Made by a program: the position numbers and the translations under genes. A stretch of 64,000 nucleotides of DNA, taken from assembly GCA_013239625.1 (NCBI GenBank), contig MU053559.1, positions 3,226,607 through 3,290,606 on the forward strand, read 5' to 3'. Of this stretch, positions 23,849-36,700 are shown one piece after another. How positions within the stretch are numbered: position 1 is the first letter of the stretch; the number at the start of each line of letters is the position of its first letter. The notes under the pieces are model-generated. The model saw only the letters and a list, made by a program, of their open reading frames with translations, was not told the DNA's origin and searched no databases. The DNA comes from Lama guanicoe. Taxonomy: Eukaryota.

Positions 23849-25619
23849 GTGATGGACAGTGTCTATAATACAATGCAGCCATCATAAGTGATACGAGGTA
23901 CTTTGAGGGATCAGAGGCGAAAACGCCAGTATCCATTAGAGAAGAAGGTGTTTGAGTGATACCTCAAAGGTTTCTCCAGATACAGATGGAAGAGGAAGGC
24001 GCATTAGTCAGAAAGAACAGCATGAGGTAAAGAGTTGTGAGGCGAGCAGTTGGGAGGTATTTGGGAGCAGATCATAGAGTGGGTAAGGAAAACCAGCCAA
24101 GAAGGTAGAAATGTGAGAGGCCGCAACACCCACCGTGCTGTCATTTGGGACTCATTCAATAGCTAGAGAGAGAGGCATAGTATTATTGTTTCTTATTTTC
24201 ATCAGAGATATGGAATTCAGCATTTTTTTATTCTTTTGCTGCAAGACAGGTATCAGGCTAGATGTATTAAAGAAGTTATTCTTATGAAACCCAAACTCCA
24301 AAGATGATGTTTTATAAAAATTAAAATGGAGTAGTAACTTTAGTGAGGGAATAATAGTGAACACAAGAGGAAAAGATAGCCTGTCCTGTCTGATCACAGT
24401 GAATGGTCTTAGTATTTTTAGGATACAGAGTTTAGTAGACATTCCACTTGTATATTCATTCACCGGAGACATACCTGGCTCTAGACATGGTCGTACCTCT
24501 GGTCTGCAGAGTTACTAAAATGAACTAAACGCACTTAACATTAAGATAATGTAAGAGGTCACAGTCTTAATTCTTGAAGGTGAATTCCTAAAAACCGAAT
24601 TTAGTGGTATGAGCAAAGATCTAAAGCAACTCCCAATGGAATGAAATGAAAACACGTTAAACATAAATGGATATATCATCATTTTGATCTGAACCACAGG
24701 GAAATGATACAAAGTTAAAGCTTGCAGAGTGTAATTAGACAGCAAGACCTTTAAAAAGTAAGAGAGATGTAAAATATGAAGATAAGGAAGAGCTTAAAAG
24801 CAGACACCTGATGCCTGGACATCTGCCCAAATTGTCTTTATGGGCCAGTTAAGAAGATAAACATCTGAGCATTTAAAGGGAAGTGCTTTTTGTTGTTGTT
24901 TTTTCATTTTGTAATGTTACTTTTATTTATATACCTTGATGATCTTGGGTGCTCTTTAATGAGTGCCAAAGACATGGCATCCTACATATTTCTGTGATAT
25001 TCCAGAACAAACTCCCGCTGGTGGCGTTTCTGCCATTTTTCATGGAAGACTATAAACATTCAAATACCAATAAATAGAAATTTCAATCCCCTCAAAGGAC
25101 ACAGTTGAGCGATCCCCCAAATATATTTTTTGAAAGCTTTCATGTGTATATTTCACACGGCCCACGTTAGTTTTCTGATTAACATGGATTTGTGACTTTG
25201 GATTTCTTATTAAAATTCTCTTGTTTAGTGTTAGACCTGCCTTCTCTTTCCATCCCATGAATGGTCAGGACTCTCTTCTGTCACCACAAAGAACTTCCCT
25301 GGGCTCCTGAGAGCCGTCTAGTGAGAGAAGTGTGGGCCCAAAGATAAGGAAGAGTGTAGAGGTCTCAGATATGCAGGCTCCTAAGGGAGGGGTGGGGGGA
25401 CAGGTGATACAGTGGTGTTGGCCCTGGAGGGGGCATTGCTGCCGCTGGCAAGTGAGCCCTTCCCAGAAATTTACTCTTAGGGAAGAGAGGGGCTGTTCTG
25501 TTGGCAGAGCAGCTCCATCATCTCTCTCTGATTCACAGTTGCTGGCAGCTCTCCGCTTCTTTCTGTCCTGTTTTGCCTAAGGCCTCCCCTTCCCCCCTCC
25601 ACTTAAGTAATTTGCAGCT

Positions 25620-25880
25620 ATAGTGCAGTGAAATACAGTTCAGTGCAAACTGTGGAAAGTAATGGTATTAACTTAAAGCTTGAAAATCCAGATTTAAGAT
25701 CTGTTTCTGCCATCTGTGAGGGCGTGGCCTTGGGCACATCACTTAACCATGTTGAACTTTGGTTTTCTCAGCCGTAAACTGAATATTTATATTTCATGCA
25801 TGATCTGCTTCATGGGATTATTGAAGATTAAATGAGAAAAATATATGAAAACATATCCTAGGGCTATGATGATGATTGTG
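25620..25880 (+). mobile_element. MIR SINE
   Basis: 'gtggccttgggcacatcacttaacc...gattaaatgaga'. Confidence 0.7.
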
Positions 25881-26698
25881 ATGACTATTATTTAAAAGCT
25901 CAGTGGGTGGGCCAGGTCTTCCCACCTAGAAAAATATAGGATTCCTATTTGAAGTCTTACTGAACAGAAATCAGCCCTGACTTACTTATTTGAATTTTTA
26001 TAATGAAGTACAAATGTAATATAGATGGAATTCCTAAAGAAGCTCCTGGCTGTTGAATAAATCTTATATATTTTAAAAACCATCACAATATAAGTATTTT
26101 TAAAAAGATATATAATGGTTCGTGAAAACACCTGAAATGCCCATGCTTTTATGGGTGTTTAAGTATGCAATTTGCTCTAAATGTCTAATCTTGAATGATT
26201 AAATAATTTGCATACTGTTTTCAGTGGCATGAATTAAGGGCTAATTGAAGTATAATTTTTTGCAGTAAAATTATATCATCTTTTATGTAGTACATTAAAA
26301 AATATTCTAGGCTAGTTCTAATTTTATAGTTTTATTATTTTAATTTAATGTACCAAATAATTAAAAACTGCTACAAAGAAAAGAAGATGAAAATGATTTT
26401 AGTTAATTTCCCCTCAACAGAGTGAAAAGATGATTAGTAGGATAATGGAACAGAGCTCAACACAGTTCCTGGCACATAAAGATATTCATTAAATGTTCCT
26501 TAATGAATAAAGAATGAATAATTTCTAAGTATTTCTACTTTGGGAAAAAGCACCATTCTCAGTGCTATACAAAATATGAAGATTACTTGACATCTTCATA
26601 CTGAAATGCCTCCTTACAGAGGTCAAACAAGCTAATTTTTCTTGACTCATTAGACCCTCAGTTTGCTCTGCTTACCTTTCCTCCTTGTCTCTTTGCTC

Positions 26699-27293
26699 CT
26701 GCAGTAGTCTCAGGCTTTAGTCAGTTTACAGATGCTGAGAGATGATTGTCTATGGGTATATTGCATTTTTGTGGATCCTGCAAGCACTGACTGCTCTTTG
26801 TTCCGGACTGTCTTCTCAAGGGTGTTTATATAGTACACAGCTTTGGAAGACAAAGACAGTCTCTCCTTCTGGAGCAAAGTGCAGGTTTGCTCACAGCTTC
26901 GGATGGTGGAGCGGGTGTCTCCCTCCAGAACAAAGAGCAGATGTTTACTGTCCAGTCTAATAAAGGTAATCTCTCCCTCTGAGACAAAAGGCAGGAATGC
27001 TTACTTCCCGTTATAAAAGATGTAGGTTCTTGAAGCTCAGGGTTCCTGTCCTATAATGTAACCCACTGCGTGTGCAGAAGTTACTTGGCCCTTGTGTCAC
27101 CCTGTGGGAATTGGGGCTCAGGAAACTGGTACAAAAATGCTAATGTTCTGTCTACTGTTTACTGTGAGTGATAAACTGCCCTTTGCCTCTAACCAAAGCA
27201 TCTCATGTGTTCTGCCAGCATCCATGAAACTGGCAGGTGAACTTGTTAGCTTACATGTAGGATAAAATCTCAAACCCTGAACAATTCTTGATA
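26699..27293 (+). mobile_element. Solo LTR (MER68/MER76-like, tentative family)
   Basis: TATAAAA at ~27012, 'gaagctcagggttcct...gtaacccactgcgtgtgcag', degenerate poly(A) signal at ~27170. Confidence 0.65.
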
Positions 27294-28158
27294 ACAGGGT
27301 TCAGCAGTGTTTGGGTAAGTTGGCTGGTATGATGTGGTGTAGTTGGTTGGTACACTCATCTAGTTAGGGATGGCTAATTACCATCTGTGGATACTTGGGG
27401 ACCCTGGGTCCATGTTCTCAAGAGAAGTGAGTGGGCACTATAGGGCTGGAAGTAGAAAATGGGATGAGATCCAGAACCTTTAGCCCAGAGCACGGGCTAA
27501 AACTGATGCCTCTGATTATCCTCACTTCGTGGGGGTGGTTGGGTGGAGGCAGACACAAGCTATAGAGGAAGGAGGGAGAAGAGTTTTGCAGAGAAAAGAA
27601 GACTCCAAGAAGCTTCAAAGCAGCATTAAATCATTCGTGCTTATAGATGCTGTAAATCATGGTGTTGGCATCTACCATAGTGAAGTTTATTAGCTGATTT
27701 TTTTCAACCGAGTGAGTGCACTTCTGTGAGCACTCTGCTTTGGGGCCTTAGTTCCTTGTTTAGTGTGCTCACTTTGAGTGCTAATGGGTGAAAGCGAGCG
27801 GGCTGGTTTTGGGAAAAGACATGATGGCAGTGTCTGGTACATTAGGTTACTCTTGTTTATCCCCCTTCCACCTTCCCTCCTGCCCTAGCCTTTATGGTTT
27901 ATGAAAGTTCTTCCCTAGCACCACTTGGGCAACTCTTTAACAACATGCAGGGCTGATCAAATAACTCTGGGCCTCAGTCGTCTCAGCCCTCTCTGGCACC
28001 CTCAGAGTTTGAACATGCTGATGCCACTGCCTCCAAGAACCAGCCCTTTGCCCACTTCACTGAGGTGGGAAAGGCTTCAGGGTTATTAGAAAGATGTTCT
28101 AGGATCTCTTTCTGGTTATCCACACGATGAAACAATTGTGTTTTATTTCACACCCTAG

Positions 28159-28382
28159 GAACTTCTATCCGGCGTCACCGGATTTCTCTCCCACCTCCGG
28201 ATAAGGATCAGTTTTATACTGTGTATCATTTCAATGTCGGCATAGACGTTGTCTTTTATGGCCGGACGTTCAAGATTTATGACTGTGATACATTCACAAA
28301 AAACTTTCTGAAGAAAATAGGAGTCAAAGTAAACCCGCCGCGACAATGTCCAGAAGATCCTTACCTGAAGTTACGGAGAGAG
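28159..28382 (+). CDS. EFHC2: EFHC2 coding exon (~exon 4), 224 bp
   Basis: ccctag|GA ACT...AGA GAG|gtaggt; TSIRRHRISLPPPDKDQFYTVYHFNVGIDVVFYGRTFKIYDCDTFTKNFLKKIGVKVNPPRQCPEDPYLKLRRE; phase 1->0. Confidence 0.96.
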
Positions 28383-29124
28383 GTAGGTTGACCTGTCCAT
28401 GAGTTATTGTCTTCAGGGTGAGAATCCCTGCGGAGTGTCACTGAAGGATATTGGTAGTCCTGACGCAGAAGTGAAAGGACTTGGGGGGCCATGGTCCCTG
28501 GGATTGTCCTGTTTTCCTTGGGGCTAGAGGGAAGGCTGGGTGGTGGCTTCGGTGCAGGACTCACTGTCTGCCCTCATCCCCACTTGTCTCCGTGGAGAGC
28601 CTCCCTTCCAGGCAGTAGGAGTCTTCAGTGAGCCGCCCACATGGGATAGTTTCTAAGAGCCCATGATTGGTTTTGTGGTCACTGACAGTGTAAGAGTGGA
28701 GCCCACTTACCTGGCTTTTCTTTTCCTATTTTAGTTGCCTGATTCTGGGAAAATCTTTGCTTCTGTGCTCCTGATTTGCTGAACCACGCTTTGGGTGCAC
28801 CTTTTTTTTTTCTTTCTGGGGACTCCCAACTCCCTTTATGGTGATATCAGATGCAGAGATGTTCCAGAGCGAGAAGGGCCATGATTCCGGTGTACCTCCA
28901 TGATGACAAGATGCTGTCTTCAAAGTCTGATCCCAATTAATAGCAGTAGTGTAGTCTTTCCAAATGCCCAAATTTTATGTTTTACAAGGAGACTCTGACG
29001 GGCATTGCCCCAGAAGGGCAAGTGTCATGTGGAAGGTCACATACACACCCGTCTTCTTGCTGGGAGTTGCTCTAATCTCTTGCTTCTTGCCATGATTTTT
29101 CATCATTATCATTTGTTTCTCTTT

Positions 29125-29365
29125 TCTCTTTTTATTGAAGTATGATTATATACAGTAAAATACACAGAAATTAAGTATACAGCTTGATGGGTCTGAACAA
29201 ATGCATGCACCCATGTAATCCACAACCAGAACCATAATATTGAATATTTCCATTCCCCCATAGAGTTCCCGCCTGCCTTTTTCCAATCTATCCTTCTCCC
29301 CATCCAGGGATAAACACTGTTCTCATTTGTATCCCTATAGATTAATTTAGTCTCATTTTGATTGT
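29125..29365 (-). mobile_element. L1 3'-end fragment
   Basis: 'tttttattgaagtatgattatatacagtaaaatacacag...aagtatacagcttgatg'. Confidence 0.75.
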
Positions 29366-30721
29366 TTCTAAATCTTGTAATTAATTTCTTTGCAGAAAGA
29401 TAATATAAAATTTAGAATAAAATTCTCCTTTGATTCTGCTTTGATCTCTTGTTAAAAGCTGCATGTAGGATCATTCATCTCTTCGTGCCTCCTAGCCCCA
29501 GCAGAATTGTCCTTCAATGTTGTAGGCATGCAGCCCTCCTGAGAAATACATATATATTGTTGATCCCGGACTATCTTAAGGTGAAATCCCTGTGTCATTA
29601 AACTTGTGTGTATTGGTGTGCAAGGAGATTTATGGCCTGGCTTCATTTTAATTTTTTTTTTTCTAAATGCCCTAGATGAAAGGGACTCCATAAATACAAA
29701 GTCTTTAGAACCAGCAGAGAGAACCTAAAAGAAGTGAATCTGTATAAATTACGACTCTTTGCATCTAGCTACGCTCTTCATTGACACTTGGTATTATATG
29801 ACAGTGATAGTGAATGATGATGCACTATATGAAATACATAGAACGCTCTGTGATTTCATAGGTTCATAAAGAAAAAAAAATCTTTTGTTCCGGGAATCAA
29901 GAATAATTCCCAAGAACAGTCAAGAAATGTTTTAAATAGTTTCCTTTCAGATTAGGAGAATCATTTTAGCATTTATTCCCTCAGAGAGAAAGCTCTTCAA
30001 TAAATATAGAAATCTGTGGAAAATTAGGAGTTTAATAAGAGGCTTTTATATTGACTTTTGTGCATTTACTTCTCCAGTGTTTGCTGCCTTGAAATGTAAA
30101 GTTAAAATTAAACAATTTAACTTGAACTGAAAAAAAGCCCCAATGGTATATGGTCAATATTGCATTTCTTAGAGGCCTTATCATTGCCAAAGAAACCTTT
30201 TTCAATGGCTGAAAATAGAGATCCCATAATTTCATGTAGATATCAAGGATGGGACTGAAGAGTTTCTGGAAGGCCATGATGTCTCCCCCACTGTCTGGGG
30301 ATAAGTCTGCACCTAGACTGCCCTGGACAGAGACACAATTTTGAGAATTTACAAGTAAGATTACAAAACCCGACGTGGGGCCACATCTTCCGTGGTAGTG
30401 AGCACTTCCTTTTATAACGACTGCGTGAGGCCACATGAGATAGAGGAGGGGCAGTTTTGCTCCAAAGCAGGTCTGAGAATATGCGGATAGGGAAGAGTTG
30501 TGCCAAGAAGACTGCAGAGGCAGTGGTTCCTGGGTTGGGGTATGGAGCCCTGGCAGTGGTTCTGTGCTGATTGGGAAGCTCTCCATGGCATTTGAGTTCC
30601 TCAATATCTGTAAAGCTTTTGAGCAAAATAAAACCTTGAATATATTTCTTCCCTTTTCCCTTTAAAAAATCTTTGGGTGAGTTAAGAAGGATAGGTAGAT
30701 AGGAATTATCAGTGAAAAGAA

Positions 30722-30955
30722 TTTTTTGGTTGAAATATAATTAACGTAGAGTCAGATGTATACATCTTAAAAGCCTACACATAGACCAGATTTGAAAAAT
30801 GCATGCAATTTAGTAAACAACATGAAAATCAAGATAGAGAATATTTCCATCACCCCAGAGAGCCCTCTTGTCCCCCTTTCCGATCAATCCTCTACCCAGA
30901 GGCAGTAACTATTCTCATTTCTGTCACCATATATTAGTTTCATCTGTTCTTCAAC
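30722..30955 (-). mobile_element. L1 3'-end fragment
   Basis: 'ttgaaatataattaac...aatcaagatagagaatatttccatcaccccaga'. Confidence 0.7.
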
Positions 30956-31246
30956 AAGAATTTTAAGTCTTTGAGAAAAGTCAGTTTCCAAAAAATTATA
31001 GAGGTATTTTTTAGCATATTAAAATAATGTTTAATGCAAAGCTTCCTGATACTTGATTGTCTGTATTTCTAAGGTTGAAACTGATTACATATGCGTATCA
31101 TGTATGTTGTTAGTTGAAATTTTAAAAAGACCACAGAGTAGTCTATGGAAGAGATACCTAAGATATCTTTATGTTCCTTTACTGCTTGCATCCCAGAAAT
31201 GACTATGGAAAATCTCAACTATCACTGACCTTTTCTCCATCTGCAG

Positions 31247-31498
31247 ACGCTGGATTGCGTGGAGCCCTTACGTCCCTACGAGTCCTTCGACACTCGGAAA
31301 CAGTTCCTCAACTATGATAGGAAGGTTCTGCGTTTCTTCTGCCTGTGGGATGACTCAGGCTCAATGTTCGGGGACCGTAGAGAACTCACCCTGCTTTACT
31401 TTCTGTCTGATGATACTATCGAAATCAGAGAAACGTTGCCACATAACTCAGGAAGAGATCCTGTGACAGTGTTCCTCCAGAGGAGAAAGCTACCTAAG
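31247..31498 (+). CDS. EFHC2: EFHC2 coding exon (~exon 5; DM10-2), 252 bp
   Basis: ctgcag|ACG CTG...CCT AAG|gtgagc; TLDCVEPLRPYESFDTRKQFLNYDRKVLRFFCLWDD...SGRDPVTVFLQRRKLPK; phase 0->0. Confidence 0.96.
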
Positions 31499-32104
31499 GT
31501 GAGCGATGGGCAGAGGACCGCTTTCCGAGTTTGCTTTCCGAGTGGGCTAAAGACTCAGGTCACTCACTGTCTGGAATGTCATGTGTTATGACTGCGTGAT
31601 GACAGGTTACCATGTAGTAGTGCAAGTGTTTAGAAAGCTTCCATTTTGTGCCCTCTATTAATATACATCTATGAAAGTAATACAGAGGATATGACAAATT
31701 GGAATTGGAGTATTCAGAGCTTAAGGCAAGTAAAGGAAAAAAGCCAAATGCAAGAGAACTACCTTTTCATCATTTAGTTCACAGTGAGCCTTATGAAGGT
31801 AAATGACTCTCTGGTTAAGAACTGCTCGTGGCCTTGGGCAGGGCACTGGCCTCTGTAGCCTACTGAGGAGACCCCAGCCTATTGGTCTGGGTTGTGAATA
31901 CACACATAATGCATGCACAAAGACATGCACGGGCATGTGCACACACAAGTATACACGCAGGAGGGAGTCTTCTGAGGGTAGCCACTAGTCACCAACTAGC
32001 CACTGGCTAGCAACAGTGATAGCTTTTGCATTTTACTATTTAAAAAGAGGTGTCAGACTGATTCTACACATATTTATGGCTATTAGAGAGCTAATGTAAC
32101 TTGT

Positions 32105-32300
32105 GTATGGCAGAAACAGCACAGAGACAGAAGGCCTGGGTTAGAATTGTGGGTCTGCCACTGAATAGCTGTGTGACCTTGGGCAAGCCATTAACCTCTC
32201 TGAGCATATTTCCCTATCTCCAAAATGCAATTAACTAGGCTTCCCTCCTGAGGTGACTATAAAGATTGAGTGAAATAATATAGTAAAAAGCACTATCAAA
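32105..32300 (+). mobile_element. MIR SINE
   Basis: 'tagctgtgtgaccttgggcaagccattaacctctctgag'. Confidence 0.75.
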
Positions 32301-33665
32301 AGACCTGTAGACACCTCTGAGGACGTGTGAAAACATCAAGGCCTATTTCCGGCTCTATGCAGTATTTTGTTTCTTATTTGGATCAAGTATTTTTCAACTT
32401 AATTCTTAGTGCTGCTGGTAAGATTACTGTAATGCTCATTTCTGAGGCAAACCACCCCTGGTTATTTGGTTATCGCAGGAGACTCTCCCAGATTCTCTGA
32501 GGCTACTGCCAGAAGTCCTGCTATGTCGCTTGCTTGCAGGGGGTGGGGCAGGATTTGTCCCAGAGTGAACCCTGGGGTATTCACAGCGAGTGGCCAGGAG
32601 GTGCCAGGGGAACCTGTTTTTAGAATGGCTTTGAAAACTGAGTAGAAAATAATAATGGCACACCTGACATTTGCGGCATTCCCTGACATCAGTTGCTTCA
32701 TTTATTCATGCATTCAACAAATGTCTGTTGAGTGTGAACTGTGTGCCTGCTCTGGGGTTACAGTAAGAAGGAGAATAGAGTGAGTCCTGCTTCATGGAGC
32801 TCCCATTCTCATGGGGGAGAGATACAGTAGCAGTGAGTGTTCCCTTGACACAGCATCCTTTGAGAAAGCCAAAGAGTACTGTTGTTGAGGTTAGATGAAA
32901 TAACTGAGAAGATAAATTCCTAGCCCCAAGTCCTGCAGCTAGAAAGTGGCGAAGGGAGAGTTTGCGCCCAAATGTACTATTTTTCTATGTGACACGGCTT
33001 ACTTGTACTCCATACATCATAAGTTCACACATTTAGACTTAGATTTTACATCACACGTATCAGGGACGATTTTGATTTCTCATCTGTATGGAATAAACCA
33101 GTCACTATCGGTTTATATAAGTTAGTTAAGATATTTCCTGCCTGGACCACCTCAGTGCATGTGGAACTGAGGAGTGGCCTGGCCTGCTCCAGGCCACAGT
33201 TTGTGTTAGAGGCCAACTGCACCCCATGGTCCCGGCTACCTCACCACACCGCCTCTCTCTGCCAGCAAGTGCTTCCTTGCTCAGGAGCAGGCAGGGTGCT
33301 AAGTGAGTAAAGGGAAAAAGGCAGGGTAGGGTGTCTTCCTCAGGGTGTTTTGTAGTTTTGTAGCTTAGTGAAGAGAAAAGGTGACTTGCTGATGAGGCAA
33401 TTGGAGAACCACCGTAAGTGGTTGAACCCAGCAGTAGGTGCTATGGAAGTTTGGACTGGGGATAGGCCAGTAGGATGGGAGAGGTCAGGGGAAAAGATGG
33501 GGCTTTATCAGGGCCTTGAAAGATGGGTGGAATGTAGACCAGCCCACAAGGGGTGAGGAAGCATGGGGAAAGGTGGCTGGAGTATGCAGCCTGTCCTTGA
33601 GATGGCAGAGAAGAACTATATGGTGCCTCTTACCACGTGTGCTCCTCAGCAGGACCATGTTTGTG

Positions 33666-35684
33666 GTTTTTTTGTTACACATGTATTCGTTGTCACATTC
33701 TTTTTCACTGTGAGCTACCAAAAGATCTTGTATATATTTCCCTGTGCTATACAGTATAATCTTGTTTATCTATTCTACATATACCTGTCAGTATCTACAA
33801 ATTTTGAACTCCCAGTCTGTCCCTTCCCACCCCCCTCCCCACTGGCAACCACAAGTTTCTGTTCTATCTCTGTGAGTCTGTTTCTGTTTTGTATTTATGT
33901 TCTTTTTTTTTTTTTTTTTTTTTTTTCCACTTAGTAATTTCTTTTTTTTTTTTTTTTTTTTTTAAATGACATTCTCCAGGGACATCCATGTTGCTACAAA
34001 TGTCATTATGTTGCCATTTTTATGGCTGAATACTATTCCATTGTATAAATATACCACCTCTTCTTTATCCAGTCATCTATTGACGGACATTTAGGCTGTT
34101 TCCATGTCTTGGCTCTCATAAATAGTGCTGCTATGAACATTGGGGTGCAGGTGTCTTTTTGAAGTAGGGTTCCTTCTGGATATATGCCCAGGAATGGGAT
34201 TCCTGGGTCATATGGTAAGTCTATTCCTAGTCTTTTGAGGAATCTCCATACTGTTTTCCACAGTGGCTGCACCAAACTGCAGTGTAGGAGGGTTCCTTTT
34301 TCTTCGCAGCCTCTCTAGCATTTGTCATTTGTGGACTTTTGAATGATGGCCATTCCGACTGGTGTGAGGTGATACCTCATTGTAGTTTTGATTTGCATTC
34401 TCTGATGATTAGTGATATTGAGCATTTTTTCACATGCCTGTTGATCACTTGTATTTCTTCCTTAGAGAATTGCTTGTTTAGGTCTTCTGCCCATTTTGTT
34501 ATTGGGTTGTTTGTTTTTTTTTCTTATTAAGTCGTATGAGCTGCTTATATATTCTGGAGATCAAGCCTTTGTCAGTTTCATCCTTGGCAAAAATTTTCTC
34601 CCACTCCGTAGGTTGTCATTTTGTTTTGCTTATGGTTTCCTTTGCTGTGCAGAAGTTTGTAAGTTTCATTAGGTCCCATTTGTTTATTTTTGCTTTTACA
34701 TCTATTGCTTGGGTAGACTGCCCTAGGAGAACATTTTTGAGATGTATGTGAGATAATGTTTTGCCTATGTTTTCTTCTAGGAGGTTTATTGTATTTTGTT
34801 TTATGTTTAAGTCTTTGATCCATTTTGAGTTTATTTTTGTGTATGGTGTAAGGGAGTATTCTAGCTTCATTGATTTACATGCTGCTGTCCAGTTTTCCCA
34901 ACACCATTTCCTGAAGAGATTATCTTTATTCCAGTGTATATTCTTGCCTCCTTTGTCAAAGATTAGTTGACCAAAAGTTTGTGGGTTCATTTCTGGGCTC
35001 TCTGTTCTGTTCCATTGGTCTGTATGTCTGTTTTGGTACCAATACCATGCTGTCTTGATGACTGTAGCTCTATAGTATTGTCTGAAGTCTGGGAGAGTTA
35101 TTCCTCCAGCCTCTTTCGTTTTCTTCAGTAATGCTTTGGCAATTCTAGGTCTTTTGTGATTCCATATAATTTTTATTATGATTTGTTCTAGTTCTGTGAA
35201 ATATGTCCTGGGTAATTTCATAGGGATTGCATTAAATCTGTAGATTGCCTTGGGCAGCGTGACCATTTTAACAATATTGATTCTTCCAATCCAGGAACAT
35301 GGGATATCTTTCCATTTTTTAAAGTCTTCTTTAATTTCCTTAATCAGTGGTTTATAGTTTCCTGTGTATGAGTCTTTCACCTCCCTGGTTAGATTTATTC
35401 CTAGGTATTTTATTACTTTGGGTGCTATTTTAAAGGGGATTGTTTCTTTACTTTCTTTTCCTGTTGACTCATCGTTAGTGTAAAGAAATGTAACTGATTT
35501 TTGTACATTATTCTTGTAACCTGCTACCTTACTGAATTCTTTGATTAGTTCTAGTAGTTTTTGGGTGGACCTTTTAGAGTTTTCTATGTATAGTATCATG
35601 TCATCTGCATATATTGACAATTTTACCTCTTCTTTTCCAATTTGGATCCCTTTTTTTTCTCTCTGTTGCCTCATTGCTGTGTCT
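33666..35684 (-). mobile_element. Relatively young 5'-truncated L1 (ORF2 C-terminal part + 3' UTR)
   Basis: 352-aa ORF2p fragment (35674-34616) with the RT YADDM motif; further ORF2 pieces to 34033 (CTPMFIAALF, WYIYTME); imperfect 15-bp TSD at 33651-33665 and 35685-35699. Confidence 0.95.
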
Positions 35685-35744
35685 AGGACAATGCTTGTGT
35701 TTAACGGTCATCCCCCACATCTTGACTTGGTTTTTATCTTCCAG

Positions 35745-35858
35745 TATGGCCCCCCTGGAGTCTATCAACCAGGCCAGTTAGCAGATCAAACAGTTCTCAA
35801 TATGTATGGTGGCTATTCAGTGAACCGAGTGTACAGATACCTGCTGGATAAATACAAG
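35745..35858 (+). CDS. EFHC2: EFHC2 coding exon (~exon 6), 114 bp
   Basis: ttccag|TAT GGC...TAC AAG|gtaagg; YGPPGVYQPGQLADQTVLNMYGGYSVNRVYRYLLDKYK; phase 0->0. Confidence 0.94.
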
Positions 35859-36240
35859 GTAAGGACCCTCACATTTTATTACTGTTGCCAATGTGACTTC
35901 CCTGGAACCTAGAAAGGAGGGTGAGTTACATATCCTTCTCCTGGGAGATTGATTGTGAATGAAATCAATGAATGTGTAAATATGTGTGTGATACTGCTGT
36001 TTATCAGTAATAAACATGCTCAAGTGCACATATAAATATACACATTGAATTGCCATTTGGTAGCACTATGTAGCTTAAAGAATGTTTTAAAATGTTAATA
36101 TTGAGTGGTTGTCTTTTGATTTAAGAAATTTGCTTATAAATGATATAATTTTTTGTTAATTATCTTTTTTCCTTTGGGAGGGAGTGCCAAGGTCTCTGGA
36201 GGGTCTCTGGTGCCAATGTCATGTTCTTTTGTTTTCTTAG

Positions 36241-36379
36241 CCAGAAAAATTAGAGCAAGAGTTTTACAAAGATAGTGACCTGTCCATAGGAACCACCATC
36301 AACGTGTGGGGAAGGAAAGTGCTCCTCTGTGACTGTGACAAATTCACGAAGACTTATTATAAGACTAAATATGGAATTG
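36241..36379 (+). CDS. EFHC2: EFHC2 coding exon (~exon 7), 139 bp
   Basis: tcttag|CCA GAA...ATT G|gtaagt; PEKLEQEFYKDSDLSIGTTINVWGRKVLLCDCDKFTKTYYKTKYGI; phase 0->1. Confidence 0.95.
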
Positions 36380-36489
36380 GTAAGTGATACATCTGTCAAT
36401 TAGAAAGTAACATTTAAAACTTAGATCTTTGTTCCCTAGTTAGGATTGATTGTGCTTTTTTGAGTTTCAGATGCTAAGCTCATAAGAGT

Positions 36490-36700
36490 TACCATTTATT
36501 GAGTTATTTGCTAACTACCGGGCATTTATTGTCTTATTTATTCCTGACAAACAACTCTAGAAGGGTAGGCTCATTATCCCCACTTTAGAGGTGAGGAAAC
36601 CATGGCTTCAAAGGGGCTTACTTGTCAAAGGTCACTCAGCAAGTAAAGGGTGAGTCAAGACTTGAACTTGTCCGCCTGATGCCAAAGGCTTCCATTTTCC
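36490..36700 (-). mobile_element. MIR SINE
   Basis: 'attatccccactttagaggtgaggaaac...cttgtcaaaggtcactcagc'. Confidence 0.7.

Noticed and set aside
30032..30626. 190-aa and 127-aa minus-strand ORFs
   Set aside because: No recognisable domain, composition bias or splice structure.
34616..35674. 352-aa RT-containing ORF as a possible host gene
   Set aside because: Ordinary truncated L1 ORF2 with downstream frameshifts; no EN domain or promoter.
35541..35912. ORF running from antisense L1 in frame into an EFHC2 exon
   Set aside because: Starts at a non-ATG codon and reads through intron sequence; chance openness around a true exon.
36238..36244. Tandem acceptor TAG-C-CAG
   Set aside because: The downstream AG would frameshift; the upstream AG gives the conserved exon frame.
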